NCBI GenBank assembly: GCA_963924565.1
Contig: OZ004612.1
Coordinates: 8,370,001-8,434,000 of the forward strand
DNA: 64,000 nucleotides
DNA from: Ascidiella aspersa
Lineage: Eukaryota
Direction: 5' to 3'
A program made the position numbers and the translations under genes. A model generated the notes under the pieces. It made no database searches. It was not told the DNA's origin and saw only the letters and a list, made by a program, of their open reading frames with translations. Shown piece by piece: positions 24,001-37,500 of this stretch (its first letter is position 1; every line of letters starts with the position of its first letter).

Positions 24001-26585
24001 AGTGCTGATTGGAGAGCGCAAATAAGTAGGTAATATTAACCCTGGGTCAGAGGCGTAGCCAGGTATTTGGGGGGCAAACTATTAAATTTTCGCCCTTCCT
24101 CCATGTTTAACCACATTTTCTATTAGATTAACATAATATACCTTACTTCATAGGGGAAAAATCAAATTTTAATAAAACAACTGTTTTTAAAGAAGGAGCA
24201 GTCTTATTTTGGCATTTGTAAGCCTTATTTGGCGCCCCTATACCGTGACGCTTGGGGATATATGTACCTAACCGACTCCGTAGCTACGCCTCTGCCCTGC
24301 GGGTTATGGTCCGGCAGTCAACCATAACCCGACCAGTTCAGCTTTCTCAATAATTAAATTGGCGCGGTTTATGTGTGACCTTAAATCAGCCAGACGTTAT
24401 TAGATGACATCATGTAACGTGTAAATGAGGTTGTTGTGCAGCAGCCGAGCACAGCCAAACGTGAACTTTACCGTAACAAAGAAGAATAGGATATTTTGTA
24501 GGGGCTTTGTTGCGCCCCCACCGCGACCTGTGCACTGGGGCCTGGCCCCTGACCCCATACAGTTGCCCGGCGGGTCGCAACCGCGCGAGTTCTTGTTGTT
24601 TGCAAAGGTTTCTGGTCAGATATGCTACCTGTCATAACCACAACTAAAATTCCAATCAAAAGTATATTGTTACAACGAATTAAAACGTTATCAAATAGCA
24701 TTAGTGAACGTTATTTTCAAATTAATGTGAGACAGACTGCCATCGCCTATTGCAGCGACTGTCGGCTAAAACTTCGCAAGACTTCTCTAGAGAAAAGCTC
24801 AAAGCCGCTAAGAAACGACATGTATATAGCCAATACGTAGGAAGAAAAAGAACACGAAAGTTACGTCATATTTCGCCAATAAGACTGGCCGGCACTCTAA
24901 AACATGGCTTAGGCATTACAGCGGCCATTATAAGGCCAAATTGTAGCGGGAATCAGACGCCAGCAAAACAAGTGGCTTGTGTTGCAGAACGTGAGAACAC
25001 CGCCTGCAAGACTGACAGTTATAGATTACGAGATTAAAGGTTACATGTCAAGTTTGAAACGAGGCGAACTGAAGCAGAAAAACATAGGAATTTTACACAC
25101 AACAATACGGAAAACTTTCCATCATCGAATATGATATTATGTAACTGAAGAACATATTTGGCAAACGAAAGCTGAAACGCGTAATCTAAAGCCCTATTTA
25201 AAAATTCGTAAGATAACTTAATGAACTCTAAGATTTGGCTTATGGCAATTAATTAATTTGGGTGTTTAAGTGTTGATAAACACGTAACAGGCTTGTCGAG
25301 GGATATATTTTCCTCTCGCTCGACCCTCGTGATATTTTGTTTCGCTACGCAGAGAATGAAAGGAGGAAATGTTATGTGAAAGTTAAATTTAGTTCCGTAA
25401 TTTCAGCTAAGACAGGAATAAATTCACGATTTGCTGTTAACTCGATTTAAATATACCGAATGTAGGAGACGGGGATACAAAAGTTTTTTTGTACAATGTG
25501 CGCAAAAAAGTGTACGCGAAAATCTGCAAAACAATGCGCACTTTTTTTATAATGTGTGCACATTTTTTAATTAAAATTTTTTGAAATAAAAATGTGAAAA
25601 TGTGCACACATTTTGAGGTAGGTATGCGGGCACAATTTGATAAGAAAACTGTTAGTTGTACTTCGAATTTAGATAAAAACAATGATCAAAATGTTTGGAG
25701 ATTTTGTGGTTTGGGTAGTTTTTTTTATTAATAGGGTGAAAATAAATTGTTTTTCATTTGGTTTGAGGGGAAGGGGAGAGGTTAAAACAATAAGCGTTTT
25801 TTGAGTTTGCGAAGCACGAAGATAGACACCATGCTGCGCCTCTTATTGTCACTGGTGGAATAACTCGCGCGTGCGACTTGGCTTTCATAAAGAGGCTTCA
25901 TTTGGAAAATAACTTATTACTGCTACAAAACGACATATTTTACCGCGCTGTAAATTTAAATGCGAAATTTGTTGGTAACGTAGACCTCTTTGTTAACACC
26001 TGTCGTGCATGTTGCCTTAACCAACATATCAGCACCAGGCCTAAACAAATAGCAAAACTTTCGATTAAATAGGTTGCGCATTAGGCACATGAAAGTGTTT
26101 TGCATATTTCTCGAAACTACAGATTTAAATTGTGTTTTAACAGTGATTACACGGACCAAGGTATGGTAAAAATCTACCGAGTAAAAGTTGGCTAAAGTAT
26201 AGCAAATCATAGGCGTTAAACCATTTTAAGAGAATGATAAAATTTGATTTTTAAACATGTTAGCTGGCCTAAATATAATATCATGGTCGTACGCATTATC
26301 TACGGAAGTTCAATTTATTATATATGGGCCGAAAATTTATTTTCGGGACATATCTTGTTTTTGCTCGAATTATATGGGCCGAAAATTGATTTTCGGGACA
26401 TATTTTGTTTTTTGCCGCTATTTTTTTGGTTTTTATGGTTTTTATGTTTTTTTTTAGGTTTATGAGGCTGCACCCCTAGGCACCTCCAATTGGGGGACAA
26501 AAACAAAAGTGTTACGTCATCGTTTTAGTTCATAACAGCTATCTACTCCTATCTAGCGGCAGAAAAACTTCAATACAGAATGCTT
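21045..26585. repeat. Mosaic of inverted and direct copies of one degenerate long-TIR repeat family
   Basis: ~21740-22790 is an imperfect palindrome centred near 22240. 22890-23262 matches 25800-26170; 21600-22190 is inverted relative to 25870-26320; 22797-22875 matches 26510-26583; 23310-23700 matches 24010-24500 plus 25290-25465. Confidence 0.7.
24048..24294. mobile_element. hAT-like MITE
   Basis: CAGAGGCGTAGC...GCTACGCCTCTG TIRs; partial TSD CCCTG; interrupts a duplicated segment. Confidence 0.75.
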
Positions 26586-26594
26586 TTTTTAGAA

Positions 26595-26921
26595 GACCAA
26601 TAATTGCAGAACCAAATAAAGATTACAAAAGCAGCTTGCTGTTTACATAATTACCTCCAAATTAAAAACAAACTTCAGCTACCCCAGGAAAGAATGTATT
26701 GTTCACCATCTTATGTTGATAAAGAGGATAAACTGGGTAACATCACTATGGGAGAGTGGCGTGCAAACTTGCAACAGCATACCAATTTGCATTCGCTTGG
26801 ACGCTGCGGCTCCAATATGTATTCAAAAGATGCTTATGTTATCCGTGAAAATTTTAAAGATTTTTTTATCTCAGACTTTGGAAAATTGTCATGGCAAAAT
26901 GCAGTGGTTAACCGTTTGTAA
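26595..26921 (+). pseudogene. PIF/Harbinger transposase (HARBI1-like nuclease), C-terminal fragment
   Basis: ITKAACCLHNYL...GEWR...A..IRENFKDFF...G.LSWQ is the typical Harbinger nuclease C-terminus; the 5' part is missing. Confidence 0.8.
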
Positions 26922-27071
26922 TGTTCTTACCTAATTACTTATGGTATTTCTCTTTTCCTTCACTTCATACTAGCAGAGCAGTATTTCACTTTTTGTGTAT
27001 TGAAAAAAGAACAACTTGAAAATGAATGGAATGAAAAATAAAATAAAAAACTATAAAAAATAGTTTGATTG

Positions 27072-28074
27072 TTAGCTTGAAATCACTTGAGGCTCTTCAC
27101 TTGTAGATTGAGAACATAAGAATTGTAAAATACTAGTCGTGGACTCATTTGCTTTGGCAAGACTCATGCTTCTTAGTTTAAATGCGACAAGCTTTCCAAA
27201 GCTATCAAATTCATCTTCATTCGACGGCCGTTTTGACTGTATTGTAGCCATAGTTTTCATGTTTTCTTTGAAAATGCCACAGATGGTTTCCTGAAATAAC
27301 CAAGCATTAAACATCTTTCCTGAATCAATAACTTAAAATTGAATGTACTGTTATATAAACTGACCTGAAATCCAGTTCCATTTGAAGTTTTTCTTTTTTA
27401 CTGCTAGATTGTGATTGTCCTGAGTGGACTGATTCACTATCAAAAGTTTCTACCACTTCATTTTCCACAGGCTCTAATTCTATTTGATCTAAACATGCAA
27501 AAATGATCAAGTATTTTTTCTATTCATGCAATTAATGATACATGTGAGTTTCAAGGACAAACATACAACAGCACTGTGTTTGTAAAATCTAGTTCCTGTG
27601 TAGGATTAAATAGCTCTTCAGCGGAACTGACATTTCCAATAGTTCTACAAAAAGTTACTTATTTACAAAATATTTCCTATATTTAATTAATAAATTAGTC
27701 ATGTCGTCTTACATTTTGTGTCGAAGGTGGTCCAGTAAAAAGGTGAGAGAATTATAGTGCTCCCACACTGAATTAGATACAGCTCCTGACCCACTTTTTC
27801 TTTGATTATCTATTTTCTTTTTTTCTTTGGAAAAACAGTCTCGCAAGCTTTTCCAGCGCTTTGTACATGTATCCACTGTCAAAATAAATACGTGGAAAAA
27901 CGCTAGTAAACTCATGATCATTTTAATTACCAATCACCTGGTTGGCCTGTGCACTCGCTTATTTTCATCCACATGTTGTCTTTTCTTAACTGGTCTTTGT
28001 AAAATTTATCTTTGGAATCGTATAGAGATATGGGGCATCACGGCCATTTGGATTAATATTTCATTAAAACTCAT
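27072..28074 (-). pseudogene. Harbinger-associated MADF (Myb/SANT-like) DNA-binding protein gene, multi-exon, frameshifted near its start
   Basis: Exon 28074-27938 (LYDSKDKFYKDQLRKDNMWMKIS) splices to the exon starting at 27875 (CTKRWKSLRDCFSKEKK...RKSGSGA...WEHYNSLTFL). The C-terminal BESS-like segment reads DEFDSFGKLVAFKLRSM. Convergent with the nuclease fragment, as in Harbinger elements. Confidence 0.75.
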
Positions 28075-28527
28075 TTTCACTGGTCTACCAATAAAAAACT
28101 TACTAAACCACTAATTTACATCAACAAACCAATACATTTTGTAAATTTATCCAATATTCAACACAAAAAATGAGCGCGTCCCGCGGAAAAGTTAAACAAA
28201 TTTTAACTCTGCCGCTTGACGCGTTGAAGCGAGATCTCGACGGTTGCGTCGCGCGCGTTTTTGAGTGTGCATGCTTTGCCGCGTAACGTTTAACCAAAAA
28301 TTGCCGAAACCGGAAGATGAAAGATCATTCGCGCGAAGCGTGGTCAAACATGTTTGGCAAAAATTTAGACGATTTTGTTCAACCTCGGTTAATGGGAAAT
28401 GCTGCGGCACTTCGTTATTTTCATACCTGTTTTTTTTTTTAATTTGCAAAATAGCTTAGGAATGTAAATTGCTTTCTTGCCCTTTAGATCTTGTGCTGCA
28501 GCAATAAGTACAAGTAGATATTAAAAC

Positions 28528-31500
28528 ATGGCAAAGGCAAGGCAGACGTGGAGCAAAACCATCGACTTTCTGTTCACAGCTGTGGGTTTCAGCGTCGGTT
28601 TCGGAAACGTCTGGCGTTTCCCTTATCTTTGCTTCAAATATGGAGGAGGTTTGTGTTTTTTTAAACAATAAAATAACGACTGCATCGCCTAAATATTACT
28701 TTCAAGCCAGCAGTTAAGTTGGTGGTAAACAATTCTACGTGGTAATGTTTTTATGTCAATATGTAACAAACTTCGCAGTTAGAGACCCAAACTGTCTATT
28801 CGGCTAAAATTACAATAGATTTAAACGAAACAAAGTTGTTAAAACCGATTTGTTTTTAGCATTTTTAGCATTGTAGATATTTTAAAATTATAATGAGTTT
28901 GACTTACATATTTTCGGGTTTTGCTGAAAAAAATTCAAAATGCGGTTAAAGTGTAGTAATATTTTGCCTTGAAGTGCAGCACATCATTATGGGCAGTCTC
29001 CCCGTAATAAATCGCCAGTGTGTTGCACAAAGTTACTTTTGTTGAGAACATTTTATGATGAAGTCAATTAAAACAGGCGTAAGTGGATTTGTCGAACGCG
29101 ATCTGTTGTTGTAAAATCCAAAGTTGCTTCCAGGGGCCTTTTTCATACCGTACCTGATTTTCGCCGCCCTGGTTGTGGTTCCCATGTTGATATTGGACAT
29201 CGGAATAGGTCAGCACAGTCAAGCTGGACTTCTTCAAACCTGGAGCATATTTCCAGTCTTTAAAGGTATTTATAGTTTGTAACCAGATGGGGCGGATAAC
29301 ATTTTCTTTGTAAATGCATTTTTTTATTCGCGCGAATTAGTTTTATTCTTAATGTATTTTTGAACTTTTCAAGGATGTTTTTTTCTAGCCAAAGGCGCCG
29401 AGTAGACTGGGGCATGTTGCGCCGTACGAATTTGAACTCTACAAAGTGCAACTTCTGCCAAGTAATTTTATAAATGTCAATATATCACACAAAAGAGTTG
29501 CGTATATTTATCATTTGCGCAGGGCGTTAGCTTCCTTTCAAATTAAAATTATGTAATTTAGACAAACTAAAGGCCAGTCTTGTCGCGCTTTGAGCGGTTA
29601 ATCATGTATTTGCTTACCACAGGGGTCCTTATACTAGGATACGTGGATCCCTTAAAGGTACTCAGACTAATTTTAGAGGGTGTAGCGGCGCTCTATGTTT
29701 ACCGACGCACACAGTAATACTGCACCGAACCGGACATATTGCCTTTTTCCTTTCGTTCTTTTCCTCTGCATTGCAATGTGTAATCGTCTCCCCTTTTTTG
29801 CTGAACACGAACTCGAAGCAACACAGAAAGCGTCTCGCTTCAATGGTGACCCCGGAATTTCAGAAACGACTTTTCTGAAACAAGCATGGCAAGTGAAGAG
29901 ACGCAAAATGCAGTGGCAATAAAACTACCCACGTTTTGGACTGCTCAAGCACGAGTTTGGTTTCGACAAGCTGAGGCACAGTTTGCAATTAAAGGCGTTA
30001 AAGACGATCTAACCAAGTATTACTATGTTGTTTCGGCGTTGGACCAGCACACTGCAACTCGTTTGTTAGACCTTCTTGATCAGCCACCGGACGTGAACAA
30101 GTACCAGTCAATTAAACACCGGCTGCTTACGACTTTCAGTCTCACGTGTTCGCAAAGAGCCAGCGCCTTGCTTGACATGGCTCCTCTAGGCGATAGAATT
30201 CCATCGGCATTAATGGACGAGATGCTGGCATTGCTCGGTGACCACACACCGTGTTTTCTTTTTCGAGAATTGTTTTTGAGGCACATGCCTGCGGAGGTGC
30301 GTACGGGCTTAGCAGGGAAAGATTTTGAAACTAACCGCGATTTAGCGCAGCAAGCTGATGCCTTATTTCTAGCAGCCCGAGAAAATACCTCACAACTTTC
30401 AATTAGCAAACTACAACGTCAAACGCCTCGATCAATACTGAAGCCACTACGCGAACAAAGTGTAATTTGCTTTTATCATCGACGATTTAAAGACAAAGCT
30501 CATCGATGCATCCCCCCTGTTCATTCTCCCAGGGAAACTGGCAAGCCGACCATGTTTAGCTGCTACAATGGCCGGCCAAGCTACTAGCAGCCTTTTCTTT
30601 GTTTGGGATCGCTTAGCAGGTCGTAATTTTTTAGTGGATACGGGCGCAGAGATTAGCGTTTTGCCTCCCACAGGACCTGAGCGTCGCGCGAATCCTTCCG
30701 ACAAAACTCTTGTCGCTGCTAATGGCACCAAAATTCGAACGTACGGTTCTCGTTCGATATCAATGGCTTTTCCTTCAGGCAGATTTAATTGGAAGTTTGT
30801 TTTGGCTGATGTTGCTCGGCCATTACTTGGCGCCGATTTTCTGAGGGCCCACGCACTACTCGTCGATCTCAAGCGCCAACGCCTTATCAACGCTGAAACG
30901 TTCTGCAGCTCTCCAATCAAAAGGGCGCCGCAATTAGCGCCTCGCCTCAATGCAATCGCTTCGGGCACGTCAGTCTACACACGAATTTTGGCTGAGTTTC
31001 CAGGGATTGCAACGCCACACTTTTCGCAAGCACTGCCTAAGCATGGTGTACAACACTTCATTCCTACAAATGGACCACCGGTGCACTCTCGCGCTCGTCG
31101 ACTGCCTCCCGAGAAACTCGCCCTCGCCAAAAAGGAGTTTCACAGTATACTTCAAATGGGCATAATTCGACGTTCGTCTAGCCCTTGGGCATCGCCGTTA
31201 CATATGGTTCCAAAGTCTTCAGGTGGATGGAGACCGTGCGGAGACTTTCGTCGACTAAACGAAGCTACAAGACCTGATCGCTATGCCATTCCTCACATTC
31301 AGGATTTTTCGGCGAGATTAGCAGGTTGTCGAATATTCTCAAAAATTGACCTTGTTCGAGGATACCACCAAGTTCCTGTAGCACCAGAAGACATACCTAA
31401 AACTGCAGTCATCACGCCGTTTGGGCTTTTCGAATTTCTTCGAATGCCTTTTGGATTAAAGAATGCGGCGCAAGCGTTTCAACGTCTAATGGACACGGTC

Positions 31501-34500
31501 TGTCAGCCATTGGACTTTGTATTTGTTTACTTGGACGATATTTTAGTTTCAAGCAAGTCGCCCGCTGAACATATACATCATTTAAAGAAGCTTTTCAAAC
31601 AACTTACCAATTATGGCCTTGTCATAAATTTAGGCAAGTGTCAATTTGGCTTACAACAACTTGATTTTCTTGGTCATCGGATAGACACGAACGGTGCAAG
31701 GCCACTCCCTAGCAAGGTGGAAGCAATTCAACATTTCCCGCGGCCCACATCAATCAAAGGACTTCAGGAATTTGCCGGTATGATTAATTTTTATTTCCGT
31801 TTTATTCCTGAAGCCGCACGTATTATGTCGCCTATATACGACGCACTCGCGGGAAAACCCTCAAAACTTACCTGGAATGACCGTTTGTGTTTGGCTTTCA
31901 CGGAAGCTAAAAGCGCCCTTGCCAGTGCAACATTATTGCATCACCCTTTACCCGAGGCACCCACCGCAGTGACAACTGACGCCTCGCAGCATTCAATCGG
32001 CGCAGTTCTTCAACAGTTCATCGATGGTGCGTGGCAGCCATTGGCATTTTTCAGCAAACGACTGCGAACTCCTGAGCAAAGGTACAGTGCATTTGACAGG
32101 GAATTACTGGCATTACATCTCTCAATACGCCACTTTCGTTACTTTTTAGAGGGTAGAGTATTTACAGCTTACACAGACCACAAGCCGCTTACATTTGCTT
32201 TCTCTAAGGTTTCAGCTCCGTGGTCTGCACGACAGCAGCGCCATTTAACCGCAATCTCCGAGTTTACAACAGATGTTCGTCACATCGAAGGCAAGCGAAA
32301 CCATGTCGCCGACGCGCTCTCCCGCGGTTCCATCAGTACGTTACTACTCGACATGGACTACACCGCACTCGCGCGTGCACAGCTCGAACAGGAGGTACAA
32401 GCTTATCGCACCGCAATTTCTGGTCTCAAACTGGAAGACATCCAACTTGACCAGTCCGGAACAACGATCCTGTGCGACGTATCCACCGAATCTCCGCGCC
32501 CTATTGTACCGAAGTCATGGCAACGAAAAGTTTTCGATATAGTTCACGGACTTTCGCATCCTTCGGTTCGGGCTACGCGCAAACTAATCGCATCAAAGTT
32601 TGTATGGCACGGCCTGCATCGTCAAGTTGGTTTATGGGCTAAACAATGCATGGACTGTCAAAAAGCCAAGGTTCACCAACACGTCCGCGCGCCTTTGGTT
32701 AATTACCCGCTTTGCAAAGCTCGGTTTGCTCATGTCAATATCGACATCGTCGGTCCCTTACCACCTTCACAAGGGAACAAGTATCTGTTAACGATGGTCG
32801 ATCGTTTTACTCGATGGCCAGAAGCCGTTCCCATGCCGGATGCGACAACCATCACGTGTGCACGAGCTTTCGCCTTCCACTGGGTTGCTCGATTCGGAGT
32901 TCCCTCCGACATCTCGTCAGATCGAGGTTCGCAGTTCACGTCGGAGTTGTGGACTATTTTCAACGAACTACTAGGCATCCGGCTACACCGTACGTGTTCA
33001 TTTCATCCGCAAGCCAATGGATTGGTGGAACGCTTTCATCGCCACATGAAAAGCGCTCTCATGTCACGACTAACAGGTCCTAATTGGATAGACGAGCTTC
33101 CATGGGTTTTGCTTGGTATCCGGACTACCCCAAAGGAAGATCTCCAAGCATCTTCAGCAGAACTGGTGTATGGCTCGCCTATCGCCGTTCCGGGTGATTT
33201 GGTAAGAACCAGGCAAACAACGCCATCGCCTGCTGATGTTTTACCATTGGTAAGATCCACAGTTCGTCAACTGACTCCAACACCGATGTCTCGCCACGGT
33301 TTTGTTCGAGTGAACACCCCGGAATCGTTGAACTCCAGCGCCTACGTTTTTATTCGCAGAGACGGTCATCGTCCCCCGTTAACCCCTCCATACGATGGTC
33401 CATACAAGGTTATCAAAAAAGATGCCAAAGGGTTTACCCTAGACATGGGTGGCCGGCACAAACTGGTGAGCATCGACCGGTTAAAGCCAGCACATCTGGA
33501 TCTTTCAGAGCCAGTGCTGGTGGCTCAACCTCCACGCAGAGGGCGGCCAACAAAACCATCACCTCTACCTGATCCGCCACCGCCTTCAGATGCCCAGCAG
33601 CCGATGTCCGTTCGTCAGCCACCGGAGTCGTTACCGCCACCCTCGGACGAACAGTTCTTACGCACGCGCGCTCGCAGTTATTTTCGCTTTCCGTCGTCGT
33701 GATTTTGTATTCGCCTATTTTACGCAGTGTTATTGAGTTATTTGTCCGTTTCTGGAGGGGGGTTATGTAGCGGCGCTCTATGTTTACCGACGCACACAGT
33801 AATACTGCACCGAACCGGACATATTGCCTTTTTCCTTTCGTTCTTTTCCTCTGCATTGCAATGTGTAATCGTCTCCCCTTTTTTGCTGAACACGAACTCG
33901 AAGCAACACAGAAAGCGTCTCGCTTCAAGGGTCCATTTAAAACGAATTTACATCGTGGAGTATAATTTAAAAACGAAATAATTTTTCTGAAGGACAGAGT
34001 TTAATAAAAAAAAGAACATGTTTTGGCTTCTTCGAATTGAAGGTATTTCGAATACATTTCAGGTTTTCATTTGTTTTACCCAAAAAACAGACGGTTTCTA
34101 AATTTTACTAGTTTATGACGTTACTAATTTTCATGCCGAGACTGTTCCACGCGAACAAAAAAATGTGTTTTGTGGTCCACGCTAAAAACGTTCAAGAACC
34201 CCTGGCTTACATGTTTGCGCACGAGTTCGCTTAAGAACAGCGTGTGTTTTTAAAATAGTCGTTGCAAGACGTCGTTCCTAAGTGAAAACAAATCCCTCTA
34301 CTAAAATTCTGTATCCTTTCCCGCCGAAAGGCTCTGTGGGATTTTTGTAAAAAGTGTAAAATTTAAGATAATATTGACCACTAATGCTAGATTATTTTGA
34401 GGTATAAAAAGTTTCCCATTATATCATATCTTAAAAGTACAACACAAAACAATGTCCTAACACACTACAATGAGCCAACTTAAGATGCCAGGTTATTACA

Positions 34501-37500
34501 ATACCTCTAAAAAACAAGCCATCAGAATTTATCCGAATGCGTTTTACTGCGCCTCGCAGGAGTGCATTATTGCTAAATCGTGCAGTTGAATTGAACATCA
34601 AACGCAGACTTGGACAACTAGATTTATTTTAGAGTTTTAAATTTAGATTTGAATGAAAATTAGAGCATTTTAGTTTTTCTAAATTAGATTAGAATTAGAA
34701 TTAGATCGTTTTAAGTTTTCTCAAATTAGATTAGAATTAGAATTAGATCGTTTTAAGTTTTCTCAAATACGATTAGAATTAGAATTAAAGCATTTCAGTT
34801 TTTCTAAATTAGATTAGGAGTAGAATTATATCGTTTTAAGTTTTCACAAATTAGATTAGAATTAGAATAACCGAATTCCCAAAAAATCAAATTTTAACTA
34901 AAATTTGAACTAGAATCACATTTAATTATTTACAACCAATTTATTTAATCGCAAATTCTCATAGGAACGTGAGTGGTATATATGTGTGTGCTAATTTTTT
35001 ATGCTTTTTAGACTGTAAAAATTAGATACAAGTCGTTCCAATCAAAAAGTATAATTTAAATTCTGTGTTTGAACTGAGAGGCTGAAAACGCCGTTGGACA
35101 AACTAGCATTTTTGGTAAAATCCGAATTAGATTAGAACTAAAATGACAGCACGCAATTCACAAATTAAATTAAAATTAGAATTAGCCGCATTTTGCTCTA
35201 ATTCAATGAATTAGAAAACTAGAACTATCTAGTTGTCCAATTATGATCAAATGATCGTCAATTATTCAAAATTTAATTTGTTTTCAGGAATTGCGCTGTC
35301 TCAGTTCCTAATGCAATTCTACTACGAGTGCTACTATCCAATTCTTTTCACCTGGTCGCTGAAATATCTTGTCAATTCATTTTCGGCTGTCTTGCCCTGG
35401 TCCAGCTGCGACAACGATTGGAACACGGAGCAGTGCGTTACACCAAGCGAAGTGATGAACACCACAATCGGCGCGAACTTAACTCTCGCAACTTCAAACG
35501 GAACGTCGTCTGCTGCTGTCGAATTTTGGAGGTATGAAGTGTGTGAAACTATTACTTCACATAGGTTGCTTACGTTTGATTCGTAAATGGTGTTAAAGTG
35601 GAAGTACGAATTTATTTATTTGATGCTAAGGGACCCTAATAGACGGTGGTTAACAAGACAACTTTATGTCAGTTCAATGACAACAAATAGCAATTGATGT
35701 CCAACTCTAAGTCATTAGTTTTCCAAGTCAAGTCACAGCTCAAGTCAACGACATCACGCGTCACATTCAAGTCACGTCATTAGCATAAATAATAAATGAT
35801 AAACTTACGAAAAACGCTTTTAATTCTAAAATATATATTGTGTATCAAACATGTAAAACATCAGTTCAAGTCAACTTATAGCCAATTTACTTAGAGCAAG
35901 TCGGGTGTTTTTGCCCGAAAGACTAAGGCAAGTCACATCATTTTAAAGCAATGACCCAAAAGGACAATTAAAGCAGGGAATTTGGTCAATTCAACACTCT
36001 TTCATGCATTACGACCGTCGCATTTGTCACCAAACACGTAATTTCTATAATGCTGGCATAAGAAAAATTGATAAGCTGGTACAAAGTAAGCACAAAATAA
36101 TATACTCTTGATTATTAGGCAAAAACTTGCTTTACACCTGAAACGGTTAGATATACTTTCTATAAGTTAATAACTATGTTTTGAGTTACCTTACCGTTGC
36201 GTTTGATTGCAAACCACAGCATAAATTCGCAGATAATTGGGTGAACGCTGAGTACCGATACTATTTCTTGACATCTGGTATCGCATTAATCAGGAATTAT
36301 CGAACATTCCTGCAAGGGACGGTCCTCAATCGCATCTTTATAGGAGAGGATGATAATTATACGAAATAGATTATTTCTTAGCGACATTTCTATTTACAGC
36401 ATCTTAGCGACATTCTATTTACATTACGAATGATCCAGGAACCGCATGCACTAAATATTGTTACTTGTATAGATACGAGGTCCTCGCTTTGTCTTCCGGC
36501 CTACAAGAAGTTGGAGGCTTTCGCGTGGATCTGCTTATTTATCTCTTTCTTCTTTGGATTCTCTTCTATCTTTGCACATTCAAAGGAATTAAGTGGTCTT
36601 CAAAAGTAAAATGTAGAAAAGTCACATGCACATTTCAGTACTAGGGATGTTCGATACTTAACAAATTAGTCCGATACCGATACCCGATGTTTTGGGCAAA
36701 AAATATCGTGATCCGATTCGATACCTAATGACGTCATTACCCTTCTCATTATAGAAAAATATGTGTAATTGAAGCACCCAAAGACAATTGTTTTTCTAAG
36801 TATTTGGCAAACATTTGCTTTTGCGTCAATAGTTCTCTATATTGATAACGTAGTACGTTTTGATAAATTTATATTTCAAAGTATAAATCGTTTAACTGGC
36901 TAGATTGCAAATCGTGGCTGAAATTCCTATGATAATTTGATATTGGATCGGCATCGATTTTCCCTAGTATCGAACGAGTACCGATGCAGTAACACGTTAA
37001 GCAATCTTAATACAAGTTAAGCAAAATGGAGTAAACTGTTCGCAAACGGCCAAATCATTTTTAGTTGGAATTTATCGAGAGAGTTGGAATTTATCGTTAC
37101 GTTATAGTTTCAAGATGTGGTACCAACCCAGTTAACATGATACCTTTGATAAACCTCCAAATATTTTTGCCTAAGTTTAAGGTTGCGTAGGTTATATGTT
37201 TAAATCAACCTAACTCTTTAGTAACCGTACTCATATATTAATTTCAGGTGGTGTACGTGACGGTCACCCTTCCGTTTATTTTGATCGCCGTTATTCTCGT
37301 GCGAAGTGTGACGCTGGACGGAGCACTCGACGGGATTAAGTACTACCTGATTCCGGATCTGGCAAAGTTAAAACAACTGGAGGTGTGTCTGGACAATGAA
37401 CTGGACTTGACTTCCATTAAACCAAAGTTATTGTTTTCCAATAACTTGACAAAACTTGAGTCTTCTCGGCAAAATTACTTAACTTGTCTTTGTGACAAAA

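Larger units (their letters stand above)
29681..33927 (+). mobile_element. Full-length Ty3/Gypsy LTR retrotransposon, CsRn1 clade
   Basis: Two identical 162-bp TG...CA LTRs, 4-bp TSD AGGG, tRNA-Trp PBS, polypurine tract, gag with CHCC-type knuckle, and pol in PR-RT-RH-IN order. Confidence 0.97.
29620..34204. mobile_element. hAT-like MITE split by the Gypsy insertion
   Basis: CAGGGGT...ACCCCTG termini; flanks GCTTACCA/GCTTACAT. Confidence 0.6.

Noticed and set aside
12010-26410. Small tandem duplications (12010-12072, 26320-26410) and a (TA)n tract near 17845-17872
   Set aside because: Ordinary slippage products
30080-33981. Antisense or overlapping ORFs in the Gypsy element, including LTR-spanning ORFs as a possible env
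   Set aside because: Shadows of gag/pol or of LTR sequence; only ~60 bp separate the pol stop and the 3' LTR
34640-34870. Regular ~42-bp repeats resembling a CRISPR array
   Set aside because: Head-to-tail units without unique spacers, inside a MITE with TIRs and TSD; eukaryotic context and no cas genes
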